64,000 bases of DNA, taken from NCBI GenBank assembly GCA_964234715.1, contig OZ174280.1, one strand, 5' to 3'. Each line of letters opens with the position of its first letter. Positions within the stretch are counted from its first letter, which is position 1. The translations under genes and the position numbers were made by a program. The notes beneath the pieces are model-generated. The model was not told the DNA's origin, did no database searches, and saw only the letters and a list, made by a program, of their open reading frames with translations. The stretch is from Podarcis melisellensis. Lineage: Eukaryota. Positions 35,608 through 48,506 of the stretch are shown piece after piece.

Positions 35608-38509
35608 TAGATAACTTATCAAAGCTTATAAAGGTCAAAATCAGAAGACAACGTAAGTAACCTGCCTGCTGTAGAAACAGTTAACACCATTTCTCTTGAA
35701 AGCATTAAACTTTGTTAATCATAAACAAGATTGATTCATGTTATTAACATAGAGACAGCTTGCAAGAAAGAATTTGTTCACAGAATGATACGAGGCAGGG
35801 GCTCAAGTCAGGATGCTTTCAGATATGTGTTGATGAAGGACAATGCAGCTGTGTGGAAGAAGAAAAGGAGGCGCATTAAGTAACAGGCAATTACATTCAA
35901 TACAAATGTGTTTTCCGCACACCTTTTTAATATACCGTTGCGTGAGGTCTCTGCACAGGCATTCTTTCATTCCGGAGTCCCACTCTGTCTCCCTTCATAC
36001 TATAGATGAACATGACTACTTGTCACTAGCTGTCATATTAACAAGACTATCTTCAGCTCCTCTTAGCAATCTGGAACTTAATTCAGACTGGGCTCTCTAC
36101 AGGTTTCCTTGTCGCCTCCCCTAACTTAAAAAAGGGAACAAAAACATATGACAAAACATAATGAAAACTTCCATGCTGCTAAGCTTAAGATTTTTTCAAA
36201 TGTTCGTAGCACTATAATTTAGCTGTTAAATGCTTCACTTTTTTTCTCCAAGGGAGGGTGATTTTTAAAGACCTTTCATAAGAGTTCAGTTTTAGCAAAA
36301 CTTGCTGGACTGACAAGTACTTTACTTGCCTACAGATGAGGCACAACTACCTAAATACACAGAGCGAAGTACGTCATTTGATTTGGAGTAGATTCACATG
36401 TGTGCTTAACCGTGCTCTAAATCACTTCTCCTTTTCTGGTTTAGACACTTGAATACATCGTCTGCATACATCAACGTATGTTATTAAGTACTGCCAGTAA
36501 TATGTCCCAGAAAAGCATTCTCGACTCTTTATGATGTGTGTTAGTGACACAACTTATATATGAAACAGTGCGCCTAGATTTTAAAGAAACCAGCAGTTCA
36601 CACATGATAAATACAGAGCAGATTCAGTTTAAAGGGTTGTAAAGCTTAAAAGAAACAAAGGTCATATAACCAAATGTCCACAGGCATTGGTAAGTCACAA
36701 TCTGTCAGGTTTCAGTGAGGCTTAGAGACAAGCTGTGGGTCCAGGACCAGCTGTGGGTCTAATTCTAATGCAGGAAGCCTGGAATCAAAAACGCCAGAGG
36801 CAGGCGGTGCTGTAACAAAAGCATCCAAATCCCATCCAAAAATCAGAAGGTCACTGCATTGTGCAGGGCAGTTTCTCCTTCACATTCCAAAGATATGAGA
36901 AGCCCATTGTTGATAACTTAGAGCAGGGCTTTAAGGATGGCTGCCCTTGTTCTGAGGTGCAGCGCTCCTATTCAGATCTGACAGGTACCCACTAGCTGCA
37001 CTTTCTGGAAACAACCGAAGACATTTTTTCCCCCAACCAGCTTTCCCACCTGTCCTAAGTGTCCATTTTTAATTCTTTTTAAACTCATCTTTTGTGTCAT
37101 TTGGCTCACACAATCAAAGGGGCTGCAATCTTCCTTTAGCTTTTCTGTTGCTTTTTCTGGTCTGGGAATGCTCCACAAGTACTGGGGTTCAGAGGCGCTT
37201 TTACTTCATGTTCTCAAATCGTAGGTTATGCCAGCTGTAAGGTGTGTTTTGTACCCCAAAACAGAGCCCTGGCAGATCCCTGCACCCATGGGCGAAAAGG
37301 CGCTCTGCAAGTCTGACACTGCATATTGGAGATAAAGGAAAGTCCTACATCTGGAGATTTTATTATTTAATTCCTCTCATTTCTACTGTGGTGTATTATA
37401 GCTTTAATGACAACCATAGAACTACGGGCTCATCACAGTTTCATTTGCTCCACAGCTTTCCCCCAGGAAAACCCATGGTTTTGCATTGAATAAGAGCAAA
37501 AGACAGCCAGGTTTTACACAGATTGTTGTGATTTAGCGCTAACGAGTGGGGGAGTGTTGGGGGGAGCAGCAGAGCAAAGGCAAAATCACTCGGATGCATG
37601 CTTTGTAGACACAGGACAAGTGCAAGTGTGGACAAGCCCTATGAAAACATAAATAGCTAGTAGCTCACTCCCCAAAGTCTGTTTGTTAGCACCATTCCAC
37701 ACATCATTGCAGCTCAAAGTGGTAGAATTCTAGATGATACCATTTGGAGTGTAAGTGGGACATCGTATTTATGGCTATTCCTGCATGTAAATAGCTCCCT
37801 GGATGTAGTGAGGGGTTTCAGCAAAACTTCCTGCCATCTCTCTAATGCTATTTTACAGCATGTGATTTTTTAAAAATAAAAATAAAAAATTATGGAAGCA
37901 GAGTTTGTAAATGCACGATATCCCCCCTATGCATTCAACTGGTATGATCTAGAACTGTACCATCAAAACTATCACCTCATTAAGCATAATGTGTAAATCA
38001 GCTCCTGCCTGGTCAAACCTCTCTTATTTTAACTCACCCTAAAATGTCCTATGACACCTTAAAGACTAGCACATGTATTGTGGTATAAGCTTCCATGGGA
38101 TACTGCTCGCTTCTTCAGATCCAACCTGCTTGCACTGCACTTCAGCCCTCTAAGTTGCATGAAATCTATCACAATCACCTGACTGCATATTCCTTTCCAT
38201 TCAGAAAAAGTCTGTGTTGTTTGGCACTGTGGCAGTAAAACCTTCCTCCAAGCAATTTGGTTTAGCCAAGGCTGGTACTGACTATGGCTGTATCTGGTAT
38301 TCTGAATGTCTGGTATCTTTGGAGAAATTGTCTCCATACCCCCACAATGGCACAGACTCCTTGAATAGCATAGGATATCAAAGCCATATTTAAATATACA
38401 TCACTTGGTAAGTGACTCATCACACAGTTTGCTGCCTAATACTGAATGCTGAATCATGTGAGCTCTCTCCATTGAAAAATATTGTTTTTGGAGGTACTAC
38501 TGTCAGGTA

Positions 38510-38731
38510 CAGTGGTACCTCTGGTTACGAACACTTCGGATTACGAACTCTGCTAACCCGGAAGTAGCTGCTCCTGGTTGCGAACTTTGCCCCAGGATGT
38601 GAACGGAAATTGCGCACCAGAGGTGTACGCACAGTGGGAGGCCCCATTAGCAAAAGCGCACCTCAGGATAAAAACGGTTTCAGCTTAAGAATGGACCTCT
38701 GGAACGAAGTAAGTAACCAGAGGTATCACTG
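38510..38731 (+). mobile_element. Tc1/mariner (Tigger/pogo-like) MITE
   Basis: TIRs CAGTGGTACCTCTGGTTAC / GTAACCAGAGGTATCACTG; TA TSD; related to 25946-26166. Confidence 0.88.
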
Positions 38732-40764
38732 TAAAAGAAAACTATGATCTGTGCTGGTTGTTTCACAGTGATGTTACAGTCAGACAAGCATGCATGTGTG
38801 ACCTCCCATCTAATTGTTCTGGGTAACTAGTATACCAAATTAATATACAGGTACAATTTCCCTCACAAGTAAACAGAAACACCACCACTTTTTTGGTCTG
38901 ACATCATGCAGCAAAATGGAAGTTGCTCTTTCCACATCACCTTCTTTCCAGTTTTGAAAGTTGTTAAAAGCACATTTCCAAAACAAAACAAAAAATAAAC
39001 ACCCCATTAGCTGTGGATTCAGCTACATTTGAACTTCCGAACACTCACAGTATCATTAAAAAGATATTCATTTGGGCAGATACCGACAGCAGATTCCCCA
39101 TTCCAAGACACCGTGTGACACCAGCAAACAGAAGCGAAAATGAAATTCAATAAATATAATGTAATCCAGTAAGAGATACGAAAATGGCCTTACCGCAGGG
39201 CTATACACCGAAGAGGCATTTAAATCTTATTATGCCTGATTATATTGCACTATTTGGACACATTTGTAAATAGCTATAAAGAAAAACATTATGACTAGTA
39301 CTGCTAATTCCCAGGGTGTAGCAGATATTTCCAGTGTAGTGAGAAAACAGGTTTCAAAGTCAGACCCTTCCTGGTAGGAGGGGGAAACAGTGGAAATAAG
39401 GGACCCAAGAGGAAACCACCTGGTTTTCAAAGCAGGCAAGTTCATGCTACTAAGAGAAATCCAGAGACAGGGGAAATATAGAACCACTGGTTTTGACAGT
39501 ACGTTTTCATCAAGGAATCAAACCCTAAAGAGACGTTCCTGGTCTTTTCTCATTGTCATAGGGGTTAAGGAAACAGCACAAGGAGCAAAAGGTGGGAAAG
39601 GCAATAATCTAGTAGGAAACATTGCTAAGGGAATTATCAAGACAGCGTATGATTTTTGCCATTCCCCAAAGTTTATTTTAACAGCACACATTTGGGTTCT
39701 AAACATTTCTTTCATGTATCTGTATTCTTCTTATTTGGATTGATTGTGTTTCACAGCAGGAAAAGTGGCAAGTTCACCTCCTCCCTAACCAGTAAGTTGG
39801 TGTCACAAACTATTAATGCCACAGAGCTGTTCAGATGGTTTACCTAACCACAGTTTAGTGTTACATGTGTGAATGGCAATGGTGCCTCCTCTTCTCTTGC
39901 CTCCTCCTCTTGCACACTACGACTGGAATCCACTCACTGCGGTTAACAGAAAACCCATTATTTGTCAGGAGACCAGGACTGGAAACCATGGTATGACCCT
40001 TGTTCACCGTTGTGGTTTTAGGACAAACCTTGGTTGTTTTTGGGATTTAGTCTTTGTGTTTTTTCTACTAACCACTATGATTTTTCATTGACTGATGGTG
40101 GAGCACAAAAGGGGGAGGGGAGGAAGAAGCATGTGAGCCGAAGGCACAGAGCTGCTCCAGCATGCAGTGCTAAACCATGCAATGGTTTGACACGCCACTG
40201 TCTCCATTATATTGAACTAGAATGCACACGCCTTATTTTGGCATTGAAACACATGCATTGCTCTCTCTCTCTCTCTTGCTTAGTGAATTCTTAACTTTGG
40301 GTCTCTCTTTTATTCCTTATGTATTAAAAGCATTTACGCTTCCCCTCTTTAGACAGAAAAGGCTCCCACAGTGGCTTACAGATTAATAAAACCAACTGAG
40401 TCCTTGCCCTCTGGCTTACCATCTTTAAAAATAAAATAAAATAAGACCCAAAAGGAAAAAAGGATGGGGAGGGAAGAGGATGCTACGTATTAATAGTTAA
40501 TATGCCTTCCAGTGTTTGAGGTTTCAAATGACTCTAGGTAGAAGCTAATGAAGGAGCTTTATCATCTATCCTCTCATGGTCACGAGTGATTCCCAGTCTA
40601 GGTTCACAGAGATTGCAGTTGGCTGCTCATGGTGAAGAATTGAAGGATAATGTTCCCTTGCAAAAAAGAAAAAACACCAAGAAACTTCCAGCTTCAACTG
40701 GGAAAAATGATTATTAGTCGTTATTGGAAAGTACACAGTTGGGCAGTTGGGCTTCTGAGCTGTT

Positions 40765-40815
40765 GTATAAATGCCTTCTTACCTGTATAAATGCCTTCTT
40801 ACCTTCTTACCTTAC
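40765..40815. repeat. Short tandem duplication with decaying units
   Basis: tgtataaatgccttcttacc x2 followed by ttcttacc and ttact. Confidence 0.8.
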
Positions 40816-42695
40816 TTGCTGTTGGGTGGTGACTCATGAGATGCAGATACAGCAATAATGAATCTGCATTATTTAAAACCAGTGTCATGGACTGGCTAGA
40901 TGCTGAGGAATGGTGGGAGGCTGCAGCTGGGGACCAACAAATTCCTGTCAGCACTTTTGAAAACTGGCACCCAGTGCTGTTCCTGTCACTCTCGCCAACT
41001 GTTCATTACAAAGTTTTACTTCTGTAAATAAGGGCAGAAATATATACTTCTTGACTGACACAAAGTTTAGAACCCGTCAATGTGTCTTTCACCCAAACTG
41101 TTTCCCTGTCATTAGCAACGCCAAGGCTCATTTGTGATTTCTACCAAGTCTGAGTTCACTTGAGGAGAAAGAAAACCGAGCAGGAGAGGCTCAGCTTACC
41201 GTTTTGGACCTGTTTACTTGTACAAGGCTCAAGGGGTTTGAGAATCAAACAGTATACCACAAAAGGGAGGGGTGGGGGAATGGCCAGCTCTTTCATTCAA
41301 CAACCTTGTGAAAGAGGATCCAATTCAATTCACTGTTGTGCTGAGGTTCTGCTTGCAAGCTTCTGATGTGCATTTGATTGACCAATGGGAGAACAGAATG
41401 CTGGACTTGGGGGCGGGTCTCTGGCCAGATTCAACAAAGCTCTTCTTGTGTTTTGCTCCTCATGTAAAAACATAAATGGCACAACCCAGCCCACATAAAG
41501 CAGTTTCAATCCATTTAAGGCTCAACCAGTGGTGACTCAGTCCACTGCATCAGATACTTGATTTTCAGTCCTTAATAAAGTGATAGACTTTAAGATGCCA
41601 CAAGCCTGTTTTTGCTTCAACATGCCAAACAGCTGTCCCTCCAGAAGTTAATGCAGTAGGAAATCAGCACCTGCCTCTGTCCCACACTATTTATGTATCT
41701 GTTATTGCGATGAGAAGACCGTCTCCTGAATTAGTTTTTTTCCCCCAGTGTGATACTGAAAAACAACACACTGCACAGATATATTTTTCAAGATAATCCT
41801 GCACATAAATATTTGCTGATTTGTTTGTTGTTGTTTTTAGTGTTGCACTCATAAAGCAAAAGTCCTAGGTGGGGAAAGGATAGCAGAAAACTAAAAAAAT
41901 AAATAAAAAGTATCCCACTACAAAAATTAAAACGTAAGAAACTCCACTGAGCATTTTCAAATCGCATTTTGCCCTTGCTGAGCGGCTTGGGCTTCAGCAG
42001 CTGCTGTATGATACAAAGCTGTCACTACCGTGAATAAATAAGTAAACAGTGCTATAATGCAGCTGCCCCTAGTAACAGTATTAAGTTAAGATCTCGAGAA
42101 GTAACCAGTGGCTAAAACAGAAATGCATTCTGACTGCATAAAAATGCAGTTTATGTCACCAACTATTCTGCTCTGTGAGCTAGAAAGCATATGTGCCAAC
42201 TGTGATGCTAGCCTCTATTTTTTCTCTCTCTCCTTCAGAGCATAAGAAAAGATCTAATTCTCTGGTTTCTTATTCACATGAGTTCCTCTTCCTTCCCAGT
42301 GCAAGATCCAGAAGGGTGATTCACTCCTATCTTGCCTTTCTAATGTGATGTGGGTTTTCTTACTATTGTTTAGTAAGTATTTAGTACTATTGTCCACCCT
42401 TCACCATAAAATGTAAACATACAATGGTTAATTTAGTTAAAACAATTTACAGTCAAAAGAATGTGCGAGTTCTTTAAATGAGAAAACAGCTATGGGGGGG
42501 TAATGTTTTAGGACAGCAAAATCAATAACAGTATCAATCTTATGCTGCTTTCAGCCTGCTGTTAACAGCATTTCTTTATGCTCTTGCTCTTTCGTTTATT
42601 TTGTTTATTAATAAAATAAAAAACCAAAAAGAATAGGGTGCGTCCTAAAAGCATATACGCACTATCCTTCTCTTCCAGATGTATTGAGAGCCATT

Positions 42696-42881
42696 CATAG
42701 GAGCCAACTCCTAGGGGCCAAGGAAGCTTCAGCTCCCCAATAAAATAATTGAGGGGGCTGCTCCCCCCCCCCGTTGATGGGCATTGCCATTCAAATGGTA
42801 TGTGGGCACCGTGCCATGTGATTGATTATGGGTTGGAGCTTACCTACCCCCACCCATATTTTATTCAGGTTGGCCCCCCTG
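42696..42881. mobile_element. hAT MITE
   Basis: TIRs CATAGGAGCCAAC / GTTGGCCCCCCTG; 8-bp TSD gagccatt/cagccatt. Confidence 0.75.
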
Positions 42882-43484
42882 CAGCCATTCCAGCAGGCTG
42901 CAGCGGAGGGATTGGTGAGCTAGTAAGGGCCACTCCATCAACCTGGATGGAAAAGATTGGCCACTCCTCAGCTCCTCTCCCAGAATTGTAACCCTCAGTC
43001 CTGTCTGAGAAATATTTATATAACTTTATGAAGAATTTAGTGCCTGGATCTGCTTATTTCCAGGTTCTTCGCCCATTCTTTTCTCCTGCTGCATAAAGTA
43101 AAAGATGCCTCTTTGAAAAGGGCAGCTCTTCAGATGTGAAGCTGTCCATAGGCAAGCTTACACAGTCAGCTGCTCATGCTTTAGCAGAGATTCCACTTGG
43201 AATCCTAGAACAAAATAATGGAAAGCAGACAAGCAGAAGTAGTAAATTAGTACCTTCCAGCCAAGTTAGAAGCCTTGCAATCTCTCCCTTAACTCAGCTC
43301 TGCCTGCTGGGGGGAAAAACAAATCAATTCCGCCTTCGCTTCTTTAAGCTCCCCGAAGGAATTATAGCTCATGCATACACAAGTGCAAAAGGTCTTGTGT
43401 TGCACAAAGTTTAATCACAGAGTGGAATAATTTCAGGTTTACACATAGGCACTGGTCCAATAGCATTTAACAGTCATTGACAAG

Positions 43485-43703
43485 AGAGACTCCTGTTGCA
43501 CCTGGAAGACAAAAACATATTGACATGGGGTTTCGCGGACTTGAGTCCACTTCATCAGATGCATGGAATCATGCAAGCTGGCACACACACACAGGTACAA
43601 AGAAGCAAATATAGTGTGTGGGTCAAAACTAGGAAAGCACAAAATGCAATATGTTTTTAAAAATGTGACACACTTATTTCTACATCTGATGAAGTGGACT
43701 CAA
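43485..43703. mobile_element. Penelope-like element remnant with inverted pseudo-LTR ends and a degenerate hammerhead motif
   Basis: Perfect 21-bp inverted repeat 43541-43561 / 43683-43703 containing CTGATGA; minus strand reads CTGATGAagtggactcaagtccgcGAAA. Confidence 0.7.
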
Positions 43704-44487
43704 CCATAGTAGGTTGGTTGGTCTTACAATACTCTCATTGCAGGACAATGTAGAAGGCACCCCTAGATTTGACATGAAAAGGGTTCATCTTTTACAGGCC
43801 CCCAATTTGGACACTCTTGTTTTTTTTAAAGCACTTGGTTTGAGTACCAACAAAAGGCTTGTGGATGCCCAAAGAACTCACCTTCATCACTTTGCCAACT
43901 ACCTTTCTTTGTTCCAGGTTGAGAAACTAATCTTGGGTCCAGGGTAAACATCCCATGCTTTGAGCACGCCTGTGGGGGCAGCAAAGCATCTTTCTAAGGT
44001 AGGGAAAGAATTGAGGATTTCCATTTCCTTCAACTCTGGGATGAAAATGTTGCTATTTGCATCATTTGTGCCAGAAAGGAATGATTTAGGGATATTAGGG
44101 ATGATGGGACTAGAGATGCTTCACTGGGCCTGGAGCGCCAGCCGCTATCACCACTTGTACCCTCCCCACAGGTAAAGAACTGGGTCTTGGAGCAGAGGAA
44201 GTGGAGCCAAAACGCTTCCCTCAAACACATTCAAACAAAGGCAATCACATTTTCAGATGCTCCTATTTGAATGTTCAGAACATCCCTCATTGCTGTTACA
44301 CACTATAACACAGCTGGCTCTCCAATATTCATGTAGTACGCTTCAGTTTTAAGCAAAGTGTTTTAGACATTTGCATGAAGCACTGTAGGGGAGGCTGGAA
44401 TCTTCGTCCACAAGTGGAGAGGCTGAGGCCACAATAGCTTGGTCAAGGTAATCTAGTCAGCTTATGAATGAACTCAAGTTTCTATAA

Positions 44488-44864
44488 AAAGGTGAAGGAC
44501 CCATAGACGGTTAAGTCTAGTCAAACTTGTCTATGGGGTGCAGTGCCCATCTTGCTTCAGGCCGAGGGAGCCAGCGTTTGTCCTCAGACAGCTTTCCAGG
44601 TCATGTGCCCAGCATGACTAAACCACTTCAGGTGCAACGGGACACCGTGACGAGTCCCAGAGCACACAGAAACACTGTTTACCTTCCCGCCACAGCAGTA
44701 CCTATTTATCCACTCCTGTTGGTATGCTTTCAAACTGATAGGTTGGTTGGAGCTGGGACAGAGCAACGGGAGCTCGCGCTGTTGTGCGGATTCAAACCGC
44801 CGACCTTCTGATCGGCAAACCCAAGAGGTTTCAGTGGTTTAGACCACAGCACCACCCACTCCGC
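44488..44864 (-). mobile_element. Sauria SINE (second subfamily), full length
   Basis: Colinear with the other Sauria SINEs plus an extra internal segment; degenerate TSD tcaagtttcta/tcgagtctcta. Confidence 0.9.
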
Positions 44865-45584
44865 TTCGAGTCTCTAATCAGCTCTATAGAGCCAAGGGTT
44901 TACAGCATTTCAGGGATGCATGCATGTGTGTCCAAACTTTCCCATTCTCTAAAATATTAGTGTCAGCTTTGAATGTGCAACATGAGTAGTCTTGGGAAAG
45001 TACTTGGAAAAATACTTTTAAAAAAGACAGAAACCTTCCATATACTGTACATTTTTATGGAAAGTAGAAAGTACCCACAAAGTTGTAAAATTATTAACCT
45101 TCAAGACAAATTGTCAAAACATTTGGACGCTAGTGATAAGGTATTCTAAGGTAAAGAAAAAAATTAAGTTGCGCAAAGGCCAATAAATTGACTCCCGTGT
45201 AAAGTGAACCCATCTTGATTCGCATCAGACTGTATTTCCAATAAGGTGGGGGGTTTTTAGCACACAGATTTTGGTTCTAAAAGAAACTGCTCCCCCTTCC
45301 AACTCTTCCCACCCCACCCCCAAAAAAGAGAACAGAAAGAAGGGTAGCCGTGGGTTGCTTTTTGATCAGATGAAAGCAGTTCCCCTTCAGGTATCAGTAT
45401 GAACCTTGCTGCAATTGTGTGGTTTATGGTGCTACAGCAGTCAAGATGTGCTGCAGGGTTGCTAAATGTATGTAGTTGTCACGGTCATGCATTTCATTTC
45501 CCTCTGACCACACGGCTTACAAATATTCCCACTTCCCACATACACAATTGTGTGAAATATTTGCTAACCTGGGATAACACTTCA

Positions 45585-45680
45585 TACATAAGATGAGGCT
45601 CACTCTAGTCTGCAAAAGCTTAAGCCCTAATAGATGTGTTAGTCTAAGGTGCTATGAGACTCACGGTTATTTTTGCCAAC
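45585..45680 (+). mobile_element. Penelope-like terminus fragment
   Basis: 'aaaagcttaagccctaatagatgtgttagtctaaggtgct'; similar remnants near 12660 and 41570. Confidence 0.55.
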
Positions 45681-45919
45681 GTTGAGAAGCTCTCCAGGGT
45701 CCTTCATTGTGGTCCACCCCCCACCCCCCAGCTATAATTCTACACACTTTGTGACATCTGCCATTGTTATAAATGAAAGTTTGCTTTTTCCTTTGTGTTT
45801 CGAAATATATAATTCACAGCATGGTGAATATCTTATGCTGTCGTTTTTCATCCTAAACCTCCACTGCCTTGTGGGACATCTTTGGGAGGGAAAGCCAACT
45901 AAGGAGTAAACCCTATACA

Positions 45920-46208
45920 AATCCAGAGTGAGGTCCTAAGATGGTTTGGATGGTGCCTTGTAGTCCTCCTTCCAGAAAGTCCTGCAGCTAAGCTGATGCT
46001 AAATATTTATCTGCTTTCCTTTGGACCAGATCAATGAAACCAAGAGGGGGGGTATTTCCATCTGTACAACCCAAACCCTCCATACACACTCCCCAGGGAG
46101 GTCACTGTGGTGGTGCTAATGCAAGCAGTTTGACTTCACCCCTGGAGGCACACCCCATTGTCTCTTGAGGATGCCAACATGGATGCCAACTAACTAACCA
46201 ACCAACCA
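45920..46208 (+). mobile_element. RTE-clade non-autonomous element 3' part with (AAYY)n tail
   Basis: Matches the reverse complement of 21230-21440; ends gatgccaactaactaaccaaccaacc. Confidence 0.7.
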
Positions 46209-48490
46209 TTTTCAGGACAGAGGACAATGAAGAACATACAACAAGTCCTCACACTTCTATCTAGCTCAGCATTATCTACTAACAGTGGTTCTCCAGGGCA
46301 CATTCCCAGCCCTACCTGGAATCTCCAGTGGATCCAGATGTCCCCTATCCTGGTTTGTTTCCTGGGGTTTTCTTCTGCTTTAAAGAGAGCACCAGCCCTC
46401 TAAACTGGAGCATCAAGATGGTGGGCAGTCCATGCAACAGAAGCACAAAAGGCTGCCTTACAACAACTGAGACCCTCGGTCCATCCAGCTCAATTTCATT
46501 GCCTTTCACTGGTGCCAAATCTCCAGGGTTTCAGCCAGGAGACATTCCCAGCCCTACCTGAAGATGCTGAGTACTGAACTGGGACCTTCGACATGCAATG
46601 CAGATGCTCTGCGACTGTCCTATGGCCCTCCTCCTTCAATGAAACCTGATGCTTCCCCCAATTAAAACTAGATATTTTTAAGGGATGGTGGAAGTACAGA
46701 AGGTGTCTCTCTTACTCCAGTTGCTAATTTATAAAACCAAAACAGATGGGTAGTTCTGATATAAGCTCTATTTTTAGCCAAACTCCTGCCACTCAAGGGG
46801 ATTTCAGCTAGAGTTGTATCAGTCTAGTTGATTTAAACACCCAGTTACTTTAGTGAACGAAAAAGAGGGCCTCCAAATAGAAGGTAAATACTTTTGCAGC
46901 CAAGGTCATTCCATTTAAAACTACTGTGTATTGTGAAGGTTGTGGTATACCTTGTAGGTATTATAAGACCACACAGTATGTTTGATCTGATTACTTTTAC
47001 TAACCATGCCCATCTATAGGGTGCCTCCTAACCTTTCTTCAGTGATGTCTGTGTAATAGGTTTTTTGTGTGCAAAGGGATACCAACTGTATTCCACAGCC
47101 AAATTTAATGAGTGCTTCATGAATGTCTCATTCTTGTTTTACAGATAGCTTGAGTTATGTTCAGAAATATGATTTTCAATGGCCTGCTCTAAATTTCCTG
47201 CTCCCCCCCCCCCTTTGCATTACTTTTTGCCACTCTGTTACGAGGATTTAGTTCACAAAACTGGAAGAAACCCTCTTTCAATAAATAAATAAAAAAAGGA
47301 TAGGCCAGGAGGTGATCTCGGATGACTAACAGAGTATACATAGGCTATAGGGGTGTGTTTTATTATTTATATTCTAAACCCAAGATTCTTCTTCTTTTAT
47401 CTACAACTCCTTGGTACGCCATGAAGCTATTTATATATAAATAAGCAAACGGCTGAGAAAGTGAGGGCACCTTTGGCAATGGAAAGTAATAGGTCAGCTT
47501 TTTGGTTATAGCAAACATTTCAACAGCAACAACAAAAAAACACCCACCCTTGTCTTAATTTGACACACCAGCAATTCTTGTTGCAGGAAAAACAGTCCTC
47601 GGTGGTGTATATAACCTTTACACTCGCAAAACTGTAAAACAAAAAGATGACAGGAGCAGGAGCTATAACTGCTGCCAGGAAAGAATATTTGAAACAGAGG
47701 AAGGTGGGCATTTGTTAGGTTGTTTTATTGATTTCCTTTTAAAATGAAATACACACCACCTCCGCTACATGAACCACAGCTTCTGACAAGCAGGACCAGC
47801 TTGAGACCTTTGGGTGTCAGTGGTAGGAACTCAAAATGGCACCCCCACACAACAATTAACATGGGGCACAATCCATATTGTTTTCCTGCATGGATCCCAT
47901 TGAAACTAAGCAGGATTCAGGTGCAAGCCCCATGCACAAGAGGCACTGGATTCCACTCTTGCAGAGCTCATAGGCTGTGAACGCCTCTTACTCTGCTACC
48001 TTTAATTTGAGAAGTTGATCTTCCTGAATTTCTATTTGCAAGTGACCTAATCTGGACCTCTTGGGCTCCTGTACAGATCAGAATTTAGCTGCCCCTCCAC
48101 ATTTCGCACACCTCCAAATATTACAATGACGTTTTTTGTCGTTTAAAAGACATATAAAAATGCGCATTTAGATACACATTTTGAAAGGATTCTTTTTTTA
48201 AAAAAATCACAGTTTAATGCGGAAATGGAATGGCGTTCAGTTAGGGGTAAAAACATGTGAAAATAGCTAGATTTCGTCCACTCTACCCTGGAAGTACCCA
48301 CAAGCTGAAGGAGTCGCCTTGCCGTGCCTCATCACAAAGGCTGCCTCTGCTGATAAACAGAAGAGCAATGATGGCTTCACCCACCTTGGGGCGTTCAAAT
48401 GTGTGTGGAAAAAGCAACTTACCAACAGATTAGTTCTATGCTCCAGAGGACTCAGCTACACTTAGTTATATCATTGTAACTCCATTGTAA

Positions 48491-48506
48491 ACACCAGGTG
48501 GCGCTG
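48491..48506 (+). promoter_or_regulatory. Candidate CTCF site
   Basis: ACACCAGGTGGCGCTG versus the consensus CCASYAGRKGGCRS; outside recognisable repeats. Confidence 0.5.
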
